Positions 19,249-28,885 of a stretch of 64,000 nucleotides of DNA are shown in pieces. Source of the DNA: Pirellulales bacterium (GTDB taxonomy: Bacteria > Planctomycetota > Planctomycetia > Pirellulales > JAICIG01). Location of the stretch: NCBI GenBank assembly GCA_040901675.1, contig JBBDYJ010000016.1:32001-96000 (forward strand). The letters are read 5' to 3'. A program made the translations under genes and the position numbers. The notes beneath the pieces are model-generated. The model did no database searches, was not told the DNA's origin, and worked only from the letters and a program-made list of their open reading frames with translations. Position 1 is the stretch's first letter, and each line of letters begins with the position of its first letter.

Positions 19249-20328
19249 TTACCGTGCCAGGGCGAGCAGCACTTCGATGCCGCGCTCAATCGTCTGGTCG
19301 GAGGCGGCGTAGGAGATGCGGAAGTGCGTGTCTTGGCGGCTGAAGATGTTGCCGGGAATGATGAGCAGTTGGCGCTCGATGGCCCGAGCGACGAACTGGC
19401 TGCCGCTGCCCCGGGGAACCTGGGGAAAAACGTAAAAGGCGCCCCCGGGCGCAACCACGTCGTACGCGGCCCCCAGCGCCTGGAGCATCCGGTCGCGCTT
19501 CAGCCGATAGGCGTCGATGTGGTCTCCCATGTCGACGTCCATGGCCACTGCGCCGGCCCACTGGGCAGGCTGCGGCGCGCAAACGAACGTGTATTGCTGC
19601 AAGCGGGTCATCGCCTCGATGACCGCCGCGGGGCCGTGGGCGTAGCCCAACCGCCAGCCGGTCATGGCGTAGGTCTTGCTGAAACCATCGATCACCAGGG
19701 TCTGGTGGTTGAAACGGGCGGGCGAAACGAAGGGCCGATCGTAGCAGAACTCGCGATAGATCTCGTCGCTGAGCAGGACGATCCCGCGCTCGGAAGCGAG
19801 CTGGGCCAGGCCGCGGGTTTCCTCGTCGCCGGCTACCGCCCCAGTCGGATTGGCCGGGCTGTTGAACAGGATCAACCGCGTCCGCGGGGTGATCGCCGCG
19901 CGGACTCGATCGACGTCGATGCGAAAGTCAGGATAGGTGTCGACCAGCACCACCCGGCCGCCGGCCAGCGCGACCAGCGACGGGTACATCACGAAATAAG
20001 GGTCGAAGACGATCACCTCGTCGCCCGGGTTGACCAGCGCCAGCACGGCCAGCACCAGCCCTCCGCTGGTTCCACTGGTGACGAACACGCGGCGGTCGGC
20101 GTGGCCGTATTGGGCGTCGATCCGTTCTTGCAGCTTTTCGCGCAGCACGGGCATGCCCTGGGTCAGCGCGTAGCCGTTTTTGCCGGCCTCGATGGCTTCG
20201 ACGGCGGCTTGCCGGACCGGCGGCGGCACGTCGAAGTCGGGCTGGCCGATCGAGAGATTGATCGGGTCGGTCAATCGGCCGGCCAGGTCGAACACCTTGC
20301 GGATGCCCGAACTGTCGAAGCTGGCCAT
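19249..20328 (-). CDS. Class I/II PLP aminotransferase
   Basis: INLSIGQPDF, NSPANPTG, SDEIY, GFSKTYAMTGWRLGY; start could be TTG 20382. Confidence 0.93.
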   Translation of the reverse strand: MASFDSSGIRKVFDLAGRLTDPINLSIGQPDFDVPPPVRQAAVEAIEAGKNGYALTQGMPVLREKLQERIDAQYGHADRRVFVTSGTSGGLVLAVLALVNPGDEVIVFDPYFVMYPSLVALAGGRVVLVDTYPDFRIDVDRVRAAITPRTRLILFNSPANPTGAVAGDEETRGLAQLASERGIVLLSDEIYREFCYDRPFVSPARFNHQTLVIDGFSKTYAMTGWRLGYAHGPAAVIEAMTRLQQYTFVCAPQPAQWAGAVAMDVDMGDHIDAYRLKRDRMLQALGAAYDVVAPGGAFYVFPQVPRGSGSQFVARAIERQLLIIPGNIFSRQDTHFRISYAASDQTIERGIEVLLALAR

Positions 20329-20485
20329 GCGCTGGGCAAGCCGCAACGGATCGTTGGGGGCGGGTGGCGGGTGGGTGCTCAAAATCGTGTGGTGGGTGCG
20401 GCGTGGTGAACTGCTTGCTTCATGGTAGCACGAGGCGGAGCGGATGGGCAGCGGTGGATCACGTGAGCGAGGGTTCGGGCACGAG

Positions 20486-20638
20486 CGGCCAGAACTCTGG
20501 TGAGCTCGCACGGCGGCCGTTGGGGAGGCACTGCTTAAGCGGACCCCGGCACGCCGGGATCCTCCAAGCAGTGGCACGCGGCCAGAACTCTGGCGAGTCC
20601 TGCTACGAGAGAGTTCTGCTACCAGAGAGTTCTGCTGC
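20486..20638. repeat. Cluster of REP-like palindromes (GTAGCAG(A/G)ACTC..AGAGTTCTG family) plus a CACTGCTT...AAGCAGTG hairpin
   Basis: CGGCCAGAACTCTGG at 20486 and 20579; GAGT(C/T)CTGCT(A/G)C three times in 20595-20638. Confidence 0.7.
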
Positions 20639-20664
20639 GGACCGCGTTCAACTATGATGCGGCC

Positions 20665-21483
20665 ATGAGCGGCCCCAGCGACGCGGAGCATCCGAGCACG
20701 AGCGGCATCATCACGCTGTTGACCGACTTCGGCCTGCACGGCTCCTACGTGGCCGCGATGAAGGGGGTGATTCTGTCGATCAATCCGCGGGCCGTGCTGG
20801 TCGACGTGACGCACGCCATCCGCGGGCAGGATATTCGGCACGGGGCCTGGATCTTGGAGGAAGCCTCGCCCTGGTTTCCATCCGGAACAATCCACGTGGC
20901 CGTCGTGGATCCGGAAGTCGGCGGCCGGCGGAAGCTGATCTATGCCCGGATTGGCCGACAGCACTACCTTGCGCCGGACAACGGGCTGCTGGGACGCTTG
21001 GCCCTGGCCAATCGACCCTCTAAAATCATCTCGCTGGAAGACCCGCAGTACTGGCTGCCCAAAGTCTCGGCGACGTTTCACGGCCGCGACATCCTGGCAG
21101 CGGTGGCGGCCCGGCTGAGCCTGGGCACGGAGCCGGATTGCCTGGGTCCGCGGCAAGACGAGTTGGTACAACTGGCCTGGCCGGAGGTAAGGATTTTGCC
21201 GGGAGAAATCGAAGGTTCGGTGCGGTCGATCGACTCGTTCGGCAACCTGGTCACCGACATCAGCGAGCAGATGCTACGGGACGTTCCCCGCGGCGAGTCG
21301 GTACGGATCACGTGCGACGAGCATGAGACGTTGGGCATTTTTCGGACCTACGGCGACCAGCCCGAAATGACGCTGATGGCGCTGGTCGGCTCGGGCGGGT
21401 ATCTGGAGCTGGCGATCGTGGGCGACAGCGCCGCGGGAATGCTGGGCGTGGGGCCGGGCGCGGCCGTGCGCGTGACCTGGTGA
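20665..21483 (+). CDS. SAM hydroxide adenosyltransferase / chlorinase-fluorinase family (DUF62)
   Basis: ITLLTDFG, MKGVI, VAVVDP, APDNGLL, SATFHGRDI, IDSFGNLVT. Confidence 0.92.
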   Translation: MSGPSDAEHPSTSGIITLLTDFGLHGSYVAAMKGVILSINPRAVLVDVTHAIRGQDIRHGAWILEEASPWFPSGTIHVAVVDPEVGGRRKLIYARIGRQHYLAPDNGLLGRLALANRPSKIISLEDPQYWLPKVSATFHGRDILAAVAARLSLGTEPDCLGPRQDELVQLAWPEVRILPGEIEGSVRSIDSFGNLVTDISEQMLRDVPRGESVRITCDEHETLGIFRTYGDQPEMTLMALVGSGGYLELAIVGDSAAGMLGVGPGAAVRVTW

Positions 21484-21506
21484 GGGATCCGGCCGGCGGC
21501 GGCAGC

Positions 21507-22880
21507 ATGACCGAACCGACTCGCGAACAATTGCGGCTCTGGGACCGCGAGCTGGTGTGGCACGCCTTCACGCAGATGGCCGAGTACGAGCCGCTGCTGA
21601 TTGAACAGGGCCGCGGCGCCACGTTGACCGACATCGACGGCCGCGAGTATCTCGACGGCACCAGCAGCCTGTGGTGCAACATCCACGGCCACCGGCACCC
21701 GCGGATCGACGCCGCCATCCGGGAGCAACTCGAGCGGGTGGCGCACACCACTTCGCTGGGCGCTTCGAACTCGACCAGCGTCAAGCTGGCCCGGCGGCTG
21801 GTCGACCTTGCGCCCGCGGGGCTGCAGCATGTTTTCTTCTCCGACGACGGGGCCACCGCGGTCGAGGTGGCGCTGAAGATGGCGCTGCAGTATTGGCGGC
21901 AGCGCGAAGAGCCGCGGCCGGAAAAAACGCTCTACGTGGCCCTGGGCGAGGCCTACCACGGCGATACGCTGGGCAGCGTCAGCGTGGGCGGGGTCGAACG
22001 GTTTCATGCCATGTTCTCGCCGCTGCTGTTTGAAGTCTTGCGGACGCCGCCGCCGAACCCGTATCGGCCGCCCGCGGGCGTCGAACCAGGTGATTTACTC
22101 GCCCACTCGCTGGCCGAGCTCGACAGGCTGTTGGCGGCCCATCACGAGCGGATCGCCGCCTTGGTCATCGAACCGCTGGTGCAGGCGGCGGCCGGGATGA
22201 TCATGCACCCGCCCGGGTATCTGCGGGGAGTCCGCGAGCTGACGCGGCGGCACGGCGTGCTGTTGATCGCCGACGAAGTGGCGGTGGGCTTCGGCCGGAC
22301 GGGGCGGATGTTCGCCTGCCAGCACGAGGACGTATCGCCCGATTTTCTCTGCCTGGCGAAGGGGTTGACGGCGGGCTACCTGCCGATGGCCGCCACGCTG
22401 ACCACGGGGGAAATCTGGCGGGCCTTCTTGGGGCGGTACGAGGACTCGAAGCAGTTCTTTCACGGCCACACCTATGGGGGCAACCCGCTGGGCGCGGCCG
22501 CAGCGCTGGCGTCGCTCGAGGTGTTCGAGGAGGAGCGGGTACTCGAGCGTCTGCCGGCCAAGATCGCCCGTCTTAAGGAGCATCTCGGCCGGCTGGCCAA
22601 CCTGCAGCACGTGGGAGACGCGCGGCAACGGGGGCTGATAGCTGGCATCGAGTTGGTGGCCGACCGCAACACCAGGCAGCCGTTTCCGTGGGGTCAGCAG
22701 CGGGGGATGCGCGCCTGCCTCTGCGCGCGGGAGCTGGGCGTTCTGCTGCGTCCGCTGGGCAACGTGCTGGTGATCATGCCCCCCCTATCGGTCACGCTGG
22801 AGGAACTCGACCGGGTCATGGACGCCGCCCGCGAGGGGATCCTGGCCGCCACGCTCGACACCCCAGCAGCGGGCCGCTAG
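21507..22880 (+). CDS. bioA: Adenosylmethionine-8-amino-7-oxononanoate aminotransferase
   Basis: VWHAFTQM, SSLWCNIHGH, AVEVALKMA, YHGDT, ADEVAVGFGRTG, AKGLTAGYLP, FFHGHTYGGNPL. Confidence 0.93.
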   Translation: MTEPTREQLRLWDRELVWHAFTQMAEYEPLLIEQGRGATLTDIDGREYLDGTSSLWCNIHGHRHPRIDAAIREQLERVAHTTSLGASNSTSVKLARRLVDLAPAGLQHVFFSDDGATAVEVALKMALQYWRQREEPRPEKTLYVALGEAYHGDTLGSVSVGGVERFHAMFSPLLFEVLRTPPPNPYRPPAGVEPGDLLAHSLAELDRLLAAHHERIAALVIEPLVQAAAGMIMHPPGYLRGVRELTRRHGVLLIADEVAVGFGRTGRMFACQHEDVSPDFLCLAKGLTAGYLPMAATLTTGEIWRAFLGRYEDSKQFFHGHTYGGNPLGAAAALASLEVFEEERVLERLPAKIARLKEHLGRLANLQHVGDARQRGLIAGIELVADRNTRQPFPWGQQRGMRACLCARELGVLLRPLGNVLVIMPPLSVTLEELDRVMDAAREGILAATLDTPAAGR

Positions 22881-22958
22881 AATCGGCGAGTGGGCACATT
22901 TCCCGGCGGTCGCCCGACCGCGGCGCGAGTGAGGACAACCGGCATCGGAGGCTGGAAC

Positions 22959-23681
22959 ATGTGGCGACGGATGCGAGTGGTTATCCTGGGCGATTCTGTC
23001 ACTGCCGGTTTTGGTCTGGGCGCGGGCCAAGCCGAGTTGGCCTACCCGCGGCTGCTGGCCGAGAAGCTGCAACAGGCGCGTCTGGCGGTGGATGTCGTGG
23101 TCAGCGCGCTGGACGGGATCGACACGGCCTATGCGCTGCGGCGCTTCGGGCGGCTCGTTGCCCAATACCGGCCTCACTGGGTCGTGATGATGCTGGGACT
23201 GAACGACGCTCGTCCAGCGGGCGGCAAGCCGGCCGCGGGCGCCCGGACGTTTGGCGACAACGTGGAGGCGCTGGTCGAACGCATCGAAGCCATCGACTCG
23301 CGGGCGGTGCTGGTTTCGCCCAATCCCCGGCAATCGCCCGCCGCCGGGGCCGAGCATGCAGGGGGCGACCTGATGCAGAGCTACGTCGGCGCGTTGGGGC
23401 AGGTGGCCAGCGACCGCCGGCTGCCCTGGATCGACCTGCACCGGCAGTTCCTGGCCGAGCGGAACCTGGAAGAGTTGATCCCCGACGGAGTGCACCCCTC
23501 CGTGGCCGGTCACCGGCTGATCGCCGAAGTGCTGGCCGAGGAATTGATCTGGTTGCTGGCCCAAGAACCGAGCGCGACCGGGGAACCCGCGGCTGCCAGG
23601 CACGCCGAATCCGCACATGCGGGAGCGGGCAGGGCCGCTACTGGGCAGCCGAATGGCTCCCCTGGGGCGAACCGGCGATGA
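22959..23681 (+). CDS. SGNH/GDSL hydrolase
   Basis: GDSVT, LGLND, DGVHP blocks; GGAGG before ATG 22959. Confidence 0.85.
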   Translation: MWRRMRVVILGDSVTAGFGLGAGQAELAYPRLLAEKLQQARLAVDVVVSALDGIDTAYALRRFGRLVAQYRPHWVVMMLGLNDARPAGGKPAAGARTFGDNVEALVERIEAIDSRAVLVSPNPRQSPAAGAEHAGGDLMQSYVGALGQVASDRRLPWIDLHRQFLAERNLEELIPDGVHPSVAGHRLIAEVLAEELIWLLAQEPSATGEPAAARHAESAHAGAGRAATGQPNGSPGANRR

Positions 23682-24639
23682 ATTGGCCCTGGGGCAAGGG
23701 CCGCCCGGCCACGGCAAAGCCGCGGCCGTAGAGGTCTTCCTTGAGCGCGCGGTAGGCGGCAAAACTGTCTGGATAGGTCCAGAGCGTCACGGTCGTGCGC
23801 CGCGGATCGAGCGCGGCCAGCGCGGTCCGGAATTCGGAGCGGGGGGCCAGCGCCTCGGCCAGCGGCTCGCCCAATTGGCTGGAGACCGGAATCAACGCCA
23901 CCTCGCGGACCTGGACCAGGCTGCCATGCCCGGTCTGCAACTGGGTTTCAAGAGGCAGGTCGAGACGCTCCAGCGAAAAGCGAAGCCGGAAGCCCTGGAC
24001 CGGTCCAATCGTCTCGGTCAGCTCCGGAAGATCGGCGAGCTTCCGCGCACTGTGCTGCAACTGGCGTTTGCAGAGCGCAACCAGCTCTTCGAACGGCACT
24101 CGCGCCACGAGGCCGCCACGAACCTGAAAATGGGCCTCGTTGCCCAGCACGACCTGGCTGATGGGGGTGGGATAGCTCTTGACCTGGACCACGGTGCTGC
24201 CCTTGCCGGCGCGGGCCCGGGCCAGCTCGTCGAGCGCCTGGTTCAGTTCCGACTTGGCCGCATCGAGCGTGCGCGTTGCACCCAAGGCCGCTCGTGACTG
24301 CTCATCGAGCCGGCGGCTGCTCTCCTCCAGCGACCGCTCTTGCTCGGTTACCAGGAATGCCAGCGTCTCGCCCTGGCGGAGCCGGGCGCCGGCAGCCTGC
24401 TCCAGCTCGTTCAGTTGCTGCTGGAGATCGAGCACCTGGCGGCCGAGTAGGTCGGCCTCCCGCTGGAGTCCCAACTCCGCGGCAGCCGGCGCCGCCGCGA
24501 CGGCCGGCTGGCCTGCGTGCCTGGCGCGGATGCCGACGACCATCACCAGGATGATCAGAATCCCGACGATATTGGTCACGACGTCGAGGAACGAGTCGCT
24601 TCCTACGCCATGATCGTCGGATTGTGGTCGGCCTTTCAT
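23638..24639 (-). CDS. Membrane-anchored coiled-coil protein with ExbD-like N-terminal TM (DSFLDVVTNIVGILII)
   Basis: Single N-terminal TM with Asp, coiled coil, globular C-terminus; third gene of the ExbB-like operon. Confidence 0.75.
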   Translation of the reverse strand: MKGRPQSDDHGVGSDSFLDVVTNIVGILIILVMVVGIRARHAGQPAVAAAPAAAELGLQREADLLGRQVLDLQQQLNELEQAAGARLRQGETLAFLVTEQERSLEESSRRLDEQSRAALGATRTLDAAKSELNQALDELARARAGKGSTVVQVKSYPTPISQVVLGNEAHFQVRGGLVARVPFEELVALCKRQLQHSARKLADLPELTETIGPVQGFRLRFSLERLDLPLETQLQTGHGSLVQVREVALIPVSSQLGEPLAEALAPRSEFRTALAALDPRRTTVTLWTYPDSFAAYRALKEDLYGRGFAVAGRPLPQGQFIAGSPQGSHSAAQ

Positions 24640-24662
24640 GCGTTTGGCGGCGCCCGGAGGGC

Positions 24663-26429
24663 TCAGTCAGGAGTTTTGGTGCGCGGATATTGGATCGCTG
24701 CCGCGCGAGCCGCAGCGGCACGCACGTCGAGCCCGCTTTCGGCCAACAGTGCCTTGAGATCTTCGAAGCGCTGTTCGCCTCCCGGTGCGACCTGCACCGA
24801 GAGAATCGGGCGCCAGTACATCTGGCGGCCCGCGATCCCCCAGGAATCGATCCGCTGCCAGATGGCGGAGACGAAATCGTCGAGCGAGTCTTCCGTCCGC
24901 TCGGCCAGGGGCACAAACGTGGCCTCGCGGGTCGACTTTTTGTCGTCCAATAGAATCAACCGGTCAGGCTCGCAAACGATCGTAATCGGACGGGTGACTG
25001 GAACAGAATCGGCCGCGACGTTGGGCAGCGCCCAATTGCCGCGGCGGCTGCGGGCAAGGCTCTCGCCACCCGGATCGTTGGTGCCGGCGCTCACATTGCC
25101 TGCACGGCTCGTGCCCGCGCCGGCGGTGCCGGAAGGCGGCCTGGCGGCGCCGGAAGTTTCGCCTCTGCCGAAGCCGGCCTGGGGACCGTCAGGACCGGGA
25201 GTGCCGGGCGTTTCGCCCTCCGGCATGAGCGGTCCGCGTTGAACTGATCCACCGTTTGCGGACCGCGCGCCGCCAACGTCGATCGCTCGACCGCCAACGT
25301 GCCCCGTGACGGGCGACTCATGACCCTCGAACCGTCCGGCTGAAGGCCTACGAGCGGCGCCCGCCCCCGAGCCCAGTGTGTCGCCCGCGTGGCCACCGAT
25401 TCCGCTGCCCGGCGAAGCGAGCCCGTGGGTGCCTCGTTCGCCTCGGCCGCCCGCACCGGCCCAGCCCTCGTCCGCGATCGATCCCCCGCGCGGCGGTATG
25501 TGACGGAAATTGGGCGCATCGTACGAACGCCACTCCCGCGGTGCTGAGCGAGCCAACATGCGCTGGCGGCGGCGGGCGACCTCCACCGCCTCCTGGATCC
25601 GGCTTGCCATGGCCGCGTCGGCGGCTGGAAACTCCAGCGGCCAGTCGGCGTCGATCAGCTCATAGCCGAAATTGTCGCCCCACGAGCGCATGGCGGCCCG
25701 CGCGGCCGCATAGGCCAGGATGCCGTCGGGCCGCACCAACAGCAACGGGTAGGGGTCGCCGGCGGGCATCGAAGTCTCGCGGCTGCCGGCCAGGTAGTCG
25801 CTGGCCGCGCGGAGACCGGCCGCCAGGGGGTTGGCCGGTCCGAGCGGTCCGCGGAAGTCGTCTTCGGTGAGCACGATGCCTTCGGGTTGAAGAACCACCG
25901 AGTCGGCGCGGCACTCGATGTAAAGGGGCCGGCGGCGGGTGCCCCGCTTGCCGTCGTAGGGAATGATCGCGAACGAATTGGATTGGTTGCCGGCCGCTTC
26001 CACCGCCTCGGCGAGCTGCCGCCGCGCCTCGTCGGCCCGCGCGCGGACCTCGGCCAACTCGGCCACCAGCGCCTGCCGCTCGCCCGCGGCCGAGGCGGTC
26101 CGCTCGAGCTGCGCCGCGGCGCTTTCCAGCTCTGCGAGCCTGGCCCGCAAGCGTCGATCCTGATCCTCCAGGCGGCTGAGCTGCGCTCGTTGGCCGGCCA
26201 ACTGCCGCAATGTATTGTCGCGCGCTGTACGCAGCCCGTCCACGCGCGATGCAAGCTGGGCGCTCGGCGGCGGGCGGTCTTGGTCTACGGCCGCTGCCGC
26301 CTGCAGACGCGACTGGCGGGCAATCACCACCAGGACCACGATCAAGGCCCCCATGGTGCACAAGAGCACCGCCAGAAAGGGGAACAGGGAGACGCCGGCG
26401 GTCGGTTTCGCCGTTCGCAGGCGTCTCAT
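24663..26429 (-). CDS. Membrane-anchored coiled-coil protein (VSLFPFLAVLLCTMGALI)
   Basis: N-terminal TM, coiled coil, globular domain and Gly-rich linker; overlaps the upstream gene stop. Confidence 0.75.
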   Translation of the reverse strand: MRRLRTAKPTAGVSLFPFLAVLLCTMGALIVVLVVIARQSRLQAAAAVDQDRPPPSAQLASRVDGLRTARDNTLRQLAGQRAQLSRLEDQDRRLRARLAELESAAAQLERTASAAGERQALVAELAEVRARADEARRQLAEAVEAAGNQSNSFAIIPYDGKRGTRRRPLYIECRADSVVLQPEGIVLTEDDFRGPLGPANPLAAGLRAASDYLAGSRETSMPAGDPYPLLLVRPDGILAYAAARAAMRSWGDNFGYELIDADWPLEFPAADAAMASRIQEAVEVARRRQRMLARSAPREWRSYDAPNFRHIPPRGGSIADEGWAGAGGRGERGTHGLASPGSGIGGHAGDTLGSGAGAARRPSAGRFEGHESPVTGHVGGRAIDVGGARSANGGSVQRGPLMPEGETPGTPGPDGPQAGFGRGETSGAARPPSGTAGAGTSRAGNVSAGTNDPGGESLARSRRGNWALPNVAADSVPVTRPITIVCEPDRLILLDDKKSTREATFVPLAERTEDSLDDFVSAIWQRIDSWGIAGRQMYWRPILSVQVAPGGEQRFEDLKALLAESGLDVRAAAARAAAIQYPRTKTPD

Positions 26430-27730
26430 GCGGCCTTGCCCACGCTGGTGTGTTCGCCGAGCTCGACCTGCGTCAGGGCCGCGACCTGGCCCAGCCTGGC
26501 ATTGAGCAGGTGGATGGCCCCGGCGAGGCTGAGCAGCGTCTCCTCGAAGTGCTGCGCCCCGGCCAGCGCGGCCAGGTTGCCATTCAAGGCCTGCTCCAGG
26601 CGAGTGACCTGCCCCGTGGCTTCGACGACCCGCAGCAGGACGTCGGCCTGCCGCGCCAACTCGGCCTGCTGGCTCTGGGCGGCACGGCTGCTCTCGGCCA
26701 GTGCTTGTTGCACCTGGGCCCAGTGCACACGGTTTTTCTCAGCCGATGTGTGCTCCGCCGCGGCCAGCTTTTCAGCGTGATGCTCGATCGCCTGGGCAAG
26801 GGCCTCGCCCAGAGCTGTCTGAAGCTGGCCACCCAGGCGGGAAACCAGTTGGGTGTAACGTGCTTCCGATGCTTCGATGCTGCCGCGCCATACTTCGGCC
26901 TGGCGTTGAGCGAGCCGTTCTGCCGATTTGATGACTTCGTCGGCCATGCGCCGCACGGCGGCCAGTTGCGGATCGGAGCCGAACTGGTCGAAGCGTCCGG
27001 CAAGCTCGGCGACGGCCAGCAGATCGACCTCGGCCAGCAGGCGGCTTTCCATGCGGTCTACAAAGAACTGCACGAACATCAGCACCATCGACAAACCCAG
27101 CGCCAGCGCGGTCGTGTCGAAGGCCACGCCTAATCCGCCGGTGACCGTGGGGAGCGAGTCTTCGAGCGCTTGCGGGTTCAGGCTGGCGATGGCCATGGTG
27201 ATGCCGATCACCGTGCCCAGGAAGCCGAGGATCGGAATGGCCCAGATGATGATCCGCAGCAGACCGAAGCCGGCATGGGAGCGGGCGGCGTCCGACTCCG
27301 AGAGGTACTTCAGCTCATCGCCGAGCTTGTCGGCCGAGCCGGCGAAGCGGACGTTCTCCAGAGCGTCGCGGAGGCGTCCGGCCAGATAACCGGTCCGGCG
27401 ATGGGCGGGAAGCTCCGCCAGGTGGGTCAGCAGTTGCTCCGCCTGCCGCGCCGGCGGCCCCGCGGCGGCCGGGCGCGGCAACAGAGGGCGCTCGAGGTCG
27501 GCGCTTTGCGCCATCACGTCCATGGTTTTGAGGATCAATGCCGACAGGCCCACGAAGAACATGGCTGTTTCGACGTATTGGACCCAGTGACCTGCAAAGT
27601 ATCGCAAGGCGAAATCGTCTTGCCAGACACCCATATGGATCAAGGCATAAAAGGCCAGCGAGGCCGAGATGCCCCACAACAGGCTGGAGCGCATGATCGC
27701 CATGGGGATGTGGTTGGCTTTGTTGGTCAC
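26426..27730 (-). CDS. MotA/TolQ/ExbB proton channel family protein with long C-terminal helical tail
   Basis: WAIPILGFLGTVIGIT and GLGVAFDTTALAL signatures. Confidence 0.88.
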   Translation of the reverse strand: MTNKANHIPMAIMRSSLLWGISASLAFYALIHMGVWQDDFALRYFAGHWVQYVETAMFFVGLSALILKTMDVMAQSADLERPLLPRPAAAGPPARQAEQLLTHLAELPAHRRTGYLAGRLRDALENVRFAGSADKLGDELKYLSESDAARSHAGFGLLRIIIWAIPILGFLGTVIGITMAIASLNPQALEDSLPTVTGGLGVAFDTTALALGLSMVLMFVQFFVDRMESRLLAEVDLLAVAELAGRFDQFGSDPQLAAVRRMADEVIKSAERLAQRQAEVWRGSIEASEARYTQLVSRLGGQLQTALGEALAQAIEHHAEKLAAAEHTSAEKNRVHWAQVQQALAESSRAAQSQQAELARQADVLLRVVEATGQVTRLEQALNGNLAALAGAQHFEETLLSLAGAIHLLNARLGQVAALTQVELGEHTSVGKAA

Positions 27731-27740
27731 GGTCGTTCCT

Positions 27741-27796
27741 CTTAGCCCGGTTCCTTTTTAGCGCGATTTCTTTTTAGCGCGGTTTCTTTTAGCGAC
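27741..27796. repeat. About 3.5 tandem 16-bp repeats upstream of the ExbB-like gene
   Basis: TTTTTAGCGCG(A/G)TTTC at 27755 and 27771 with partial flanking copies. Confidence 0.75.
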
Positions 27797-28265
27797 GGGA
27801 GCCGGCGGCGGCAAGCGCACCGTCGCCGGCGTGCGGTGCAAGCATGGGCGCGCGGCGACGCCGGACGTGCTGCGTGCCCCTACAATCGGCCCAATCGCCT
27901 CATTTGATGACAGAAAAGCGGCGGAATCGCCAGACTTCGTCCAGACGCTTCGCCGGGAGCAATCCGCGGAGTCTCGTCAAAGTGCCCGGCTCGACTCTGC
28001 CGATAGCAGCCTATGTCGCCGGATCGAGTGCCCTTAGGCAAACACCGTCCGGGGAAGGGGGGCTCCTTCCTGGAACGGCACGCCGGGCGCGAACGCTAGT
28101 TGCGCGGCCGGTTGAGTCGTTCGGCGGCGAGATTGGATCTGCCTGAACCGCCCAGGCTGCCAGGCTTCGTACGGCGGCCGCTGCGAGCTACGGCGCGCGG
28201 CGGCCGTATCCCAGGAGGGGAACAGTCCGGTCCGGCCTTCCGAGGCCCCCGGACTGTTTTCTTTG

Positions 28266-28367
28266 GTAGAACGGAATTTATTCCGTTTCTTCTCTCTTGC
28301 TGCTCCTTGCTCCTGGGAGCGGGAATGAATTTCCGGCGGCGGACAAACGGAATGAATTCCGTTCTAC
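28266..28367. repeat. Inverted pair of GTAG-REP elements (REPIN-like)
   Basis: GTAGAACGGAATTTATTCCGTTT (28266-28288) and its inverse with one mismatch (28345-28367). Confidence 0.85.
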
Positions 28368-28777
28368 TACGGAGCGTAGGTCGCGAAGCAGTTGGGCGTC
28401 TCCCACAAGCGCGCTTCGACGATCGGAAAACCCTGGCCGGCCGTGAAGTCGAAGATCAGCCGGGCAATGTTCTCGGCCGTAGGGTTCTGGTCCATGATGA
28501 ACATCGGCTCGCCCATCTCGCGCAACAGCGGCACCACCGGGTCGTCGCGGTGCAAGAGCATCCGGTGATCGAGGTTCTCGTCGATCCAGTTGCTCACCAC
28601 CCGCTTGATGTCCGAAAAATCAAGCACCATGCCCCGGTCGTCGAGCTTGGCGGCCTCGATGGCGATCACCGCCCGGCCATTGTGGCCGTGCAGGTACTTG
28701 CACTTTCCCGCGTAGTTTAACAGCCGGTGGCCGTAGCAAAAGTCGATTTCGCGAGTCACTCGGAACATGATTGTCAT
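28367..28777 (-). CDS. queD: 6-carboxytetrahydropterin synthase
   Basis: FCYGHRL, CKYLHGHN, MVLDFSDIK, LDH, PTAENIA, LWETP. Confidence 0.92.
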   Translation of the reverse strand: MTIMFRVTREIDFCYGHRLLNYAGKCKYLHGHNGRAVIAIEAAKLDDRGMVLDFSDIKRVVSNWIDENLDHRMLLHRDDPVVPLLREMGEPMFIMDQNPTAENIARLIFDFTAGQGFPIVEARLWETPNCFATYAP

Positions 28778-28820
28778 TGTAGCTTGTGGTCCGGCCCCGT
28801 AAGAGCGGTTACACTCGACC

Positions 28821-28843
28821 GTAGAACGGAATTTATTCCGTTT
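28821..28843 (+). repeat. Third copy of the GTAGAACGGAATTTATTCCGTTT REP
   Basis: Identical to 28266-28288. Confidence 0.85.
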
Positions 28844-28885
28844 ACCATGATCCGGCGGTCCTCACGAAAGGACGGAGGCAGCAGC

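Noticed and set aside
23638..27730. Zorya-like defence system (ZorA has a MotA domain plus a long tail)
   Set aside because: No OmpA-domain ZorB and no ZorC/D/E; host-like composition and housekeeping context
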